Part shown: in pieces, positions 61,715 to 64,000 of the stretch | Layout of the letters: each line of letters starts with the position of its first letter | How positions within the stretch are numbered: position 1 is the first letter of the stretch | From: Tubiluchus corallicola | Lineage: Eukaryota > Animalia > Priapulida | Reading direction: 5' to 3' | Assembly: GCA_030141605.1 (NCBI GenBank) | Contig: JAQGDQ010000086.1 | Span: 616,574 to 680,573, forward strand | DNA length: 64,000 bases | Notes under the pieces: model-generated | What the model was told of the DNA's origin: nothing | The model's database searches: none | The model's input: the letters and a program-made list of their open reading frames with translations, nothing else | Made by a program: the position numbers and the translations under genes

Positions 61715-63064
61715 TTAACTACTTCGAAAACAGAATTGCTAAAGGTCTCACAGGCAGCCTCCATCAAACGTCAATTAGTTAAAAATCTAACTCAGCATCC
61801 CAGCGGGATCAAGTTGACTCACTCCTAATTTCCTGGGATTTCATTTCATCTGAGCTGAACAGCAAAAGGGGCGTTCAGGAAGAATTTTCAATTCTAAACA
61901 CACGTTGTTCTGCCTCTCTAAATTGTAGGGAATCGTTACAGTAATTGGCTTGGTTAGGCACAATTACCTGAAGCCAGACGAGAAATCGTCATTGAACTGT
62001 TGATGTTTTGATAAAATAATGAAACCACTAACTTTTGGTTATGCTTGCAGGGAGAAGGCATATTTCGAAAAAAAATGATTTCAAAATGTCGTGAAAATTT
62101 TGTCTGAAGCTGCAGAGCATCCACCCTCCCCACGGTTGGGTCTTAGCAACAGTATAAGGCGACTTACAAATGTCTACAAAAGAAATAGTTTCAAAACTAC
62201 ATTAAAATTTAATTATTAAGAGAATAAAATTAGTAACAGAATAGAATGACTTTTGTGGTGGTGGCGGTGGTGGTGGTGATAATGATGATGATGAAGAGGA
62301 GGGGTACAACTCAGGCATTTTGGCTAAGTTCTTTACGCCCAAGTATCAATTAAACTGCTCTGAAACTTTTTTGGGAATCTTTTAAGTTACAAGCCAATCT
62401 CATCAGTGGTAAAACAGAACAATAACTAGCGCTGCCTGGCGATCAAAATTGTAATCATAAAAGGCAAAATAAGCAGCAACGTGCACTTAATAACACAAAC
62501 AAAGCAATTATTTTTTCTAGTCATTTAGTTGTAAAATCGAATTTATAACGTTAATCTATGGTTCTCTGCGGTCCCATTAGCACTATTCAGACATTTAATG
62601 GACAAAGTAATCATTTACTTTGCTGAAAACTGTCACGCTAGCAATAAAAACTTCAGGTGGAATTATTTGTGCAATATAAACTTCAGGTAAAATTACCTGT
62701 ACATTTAATCCTCAAGCGGGCGGCAGTAAATGTAAAACCATGAGCGATGATAAATTTGATGGAAAATTCGAAATGGGTTATAAATTTCGAGACAATAACG
62801 CGTCATTAAATGGTATAATACTCACGCTGACACGATTTACTCAAATGTTTAGAAAGTGTACCAGACACAGTTTAAAACCGCTCTTTTCAGAAAGTTGCCA
62901 CCATGACGACACACAGACGTCAGGAAATTAGGTGCCAAAATTTTTGGATGTGTGATTTTGTTATGAAATAAAAATAATTCACGCAAAACACTGCTGGTGA
63001 AAAACTTTGCAGTATTTTATTTAAATTATTCCAGAGACGGGCTGCCTATTATTAAAGGAGTGCC

Positions 63065-63065
<1 letters not shown>

Positions 63066-63120
<55 letters not shown>
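63066..63120. repeat. (TTA)n microsatellite
   Basis: Direct reading. Confidence 0.95.
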
Positions 63121-63121
<1 letters not shown>

Positions 63122-63133
63122 AGTCCTTTTTAA

Positions 63134-63395
63134 AGGAGAAGGGATTTTAAAATACTTAAAAAAACTTTCCACTTTAAGTTATACAACTATAATGGCGCTT
63201 ATCTGCTTGAAAGACTTATGCAACTGAAAACTAATTTCGCAATAATTTAAAATTTTCGCGCCGAACGGTAATCGCAGGAGTTTAAATTTACAAGTATTAA
63301 TACAGCGTTGCTTCTAGTACAAGCTCTGTGCGCAATAAGACAGCATGTAAGTGATACAAAATTTCAAGACGGTTTCAAGAGTGTTTGCCTGTGAT
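63134..63395 (+). mobile_element. Family B element, internally deleted
   Basis: TTAA-AGGAGAAG start; end aagagtgtttgcctgtgat-TTAA matches the 61222 terminus. Confidence 0.55.
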
Positions 63396-64000
63396 TTAAT
63401 GTGAGTTTAATATTTGTTATAGAAACTTCAGTAAATAAACTAAGCAAATGTTAATGTCAATCATAATAGTAATGTAGTGATAATGGTAATAATGATAATG
63501 AAGATAGTAGTGATTAAAATTTCATACTTTTCTAGTTTCCCAAGCTAGCAAAGCTCCGGTAAATAGTGATAAACCTTGTATAACATACAACGTGCTAACG
63601 AAATACATTTCATGAGCAAAAACGCAAATTTCAATTAACGATTGATTAATCAGGTCTTCATTGATAATCTAAAATAAAATTTTCTTATTTTGAAAAATAT
63701 CGACAGATTCTCAGTGTCACTGTTTGTAAATTACTGTGCACATATTGAGCAGGGCAGAACTCAAGGTCATCAAGACTCAGTATAAAGCACCTATGTATCA
63801 ACTAGTTTACAGTAATCTCTGGTAACCAAACTGTGAAAAAAAGTTGTAAATAAATAAAAAAATAACTTCAGTAAGTAAATACATAAATGGCTTTCTTCTG
63901 CTTTAAAAGACAAGTTACAAAAAAATAATTCATCATTTATAATAAAGTAATTACTTTGTTTGTGAGTATACATCACTGTTTACTGATTTTCACTACTCGT

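Overview
AT-rich, intron-rich animal (probably invertebrate) nuclear DNA; nothing prokaryotic (no CRISPR, operons or rRNA). Reading splice sites by hand gives four genes. (1) The 5' part of an RBMS/alan shepard-type RRM RNA-binding gene on the minus strand (exons 5897-5932, 4353-4486, 1324-1382), absent from the ORF track and running off the left edge. (2,3) Two intact tandem 10-exon DEG/ENaC-family channel paralogues on the plus strand (9558-19427, 555 aa; 25707-37363, 560 aa), with identical exon sizes for exons 2-10. (4) The last four coding exons of a tachykinin-receptor-like GPCR on the minus strand (50957 to 40303), convergent with channel 2; its TM1-TM3 exon was not found in the window. 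Both channels carry Thr at the degenerin (DEG) site, polar residues in upper TM2, a His-rich ectodomain and a repeat-varied finger region, and they share a conserved E-box plus CRE upstream module. Non-coding DNA is dense with TTAA-flanked Kolobok/T2-like elements (at least 4 families), hAT-, Harbinger- and mariner-like MITEs, decayed LINE fragments and long microsatellites. All calls are by-eye readings without database searches.
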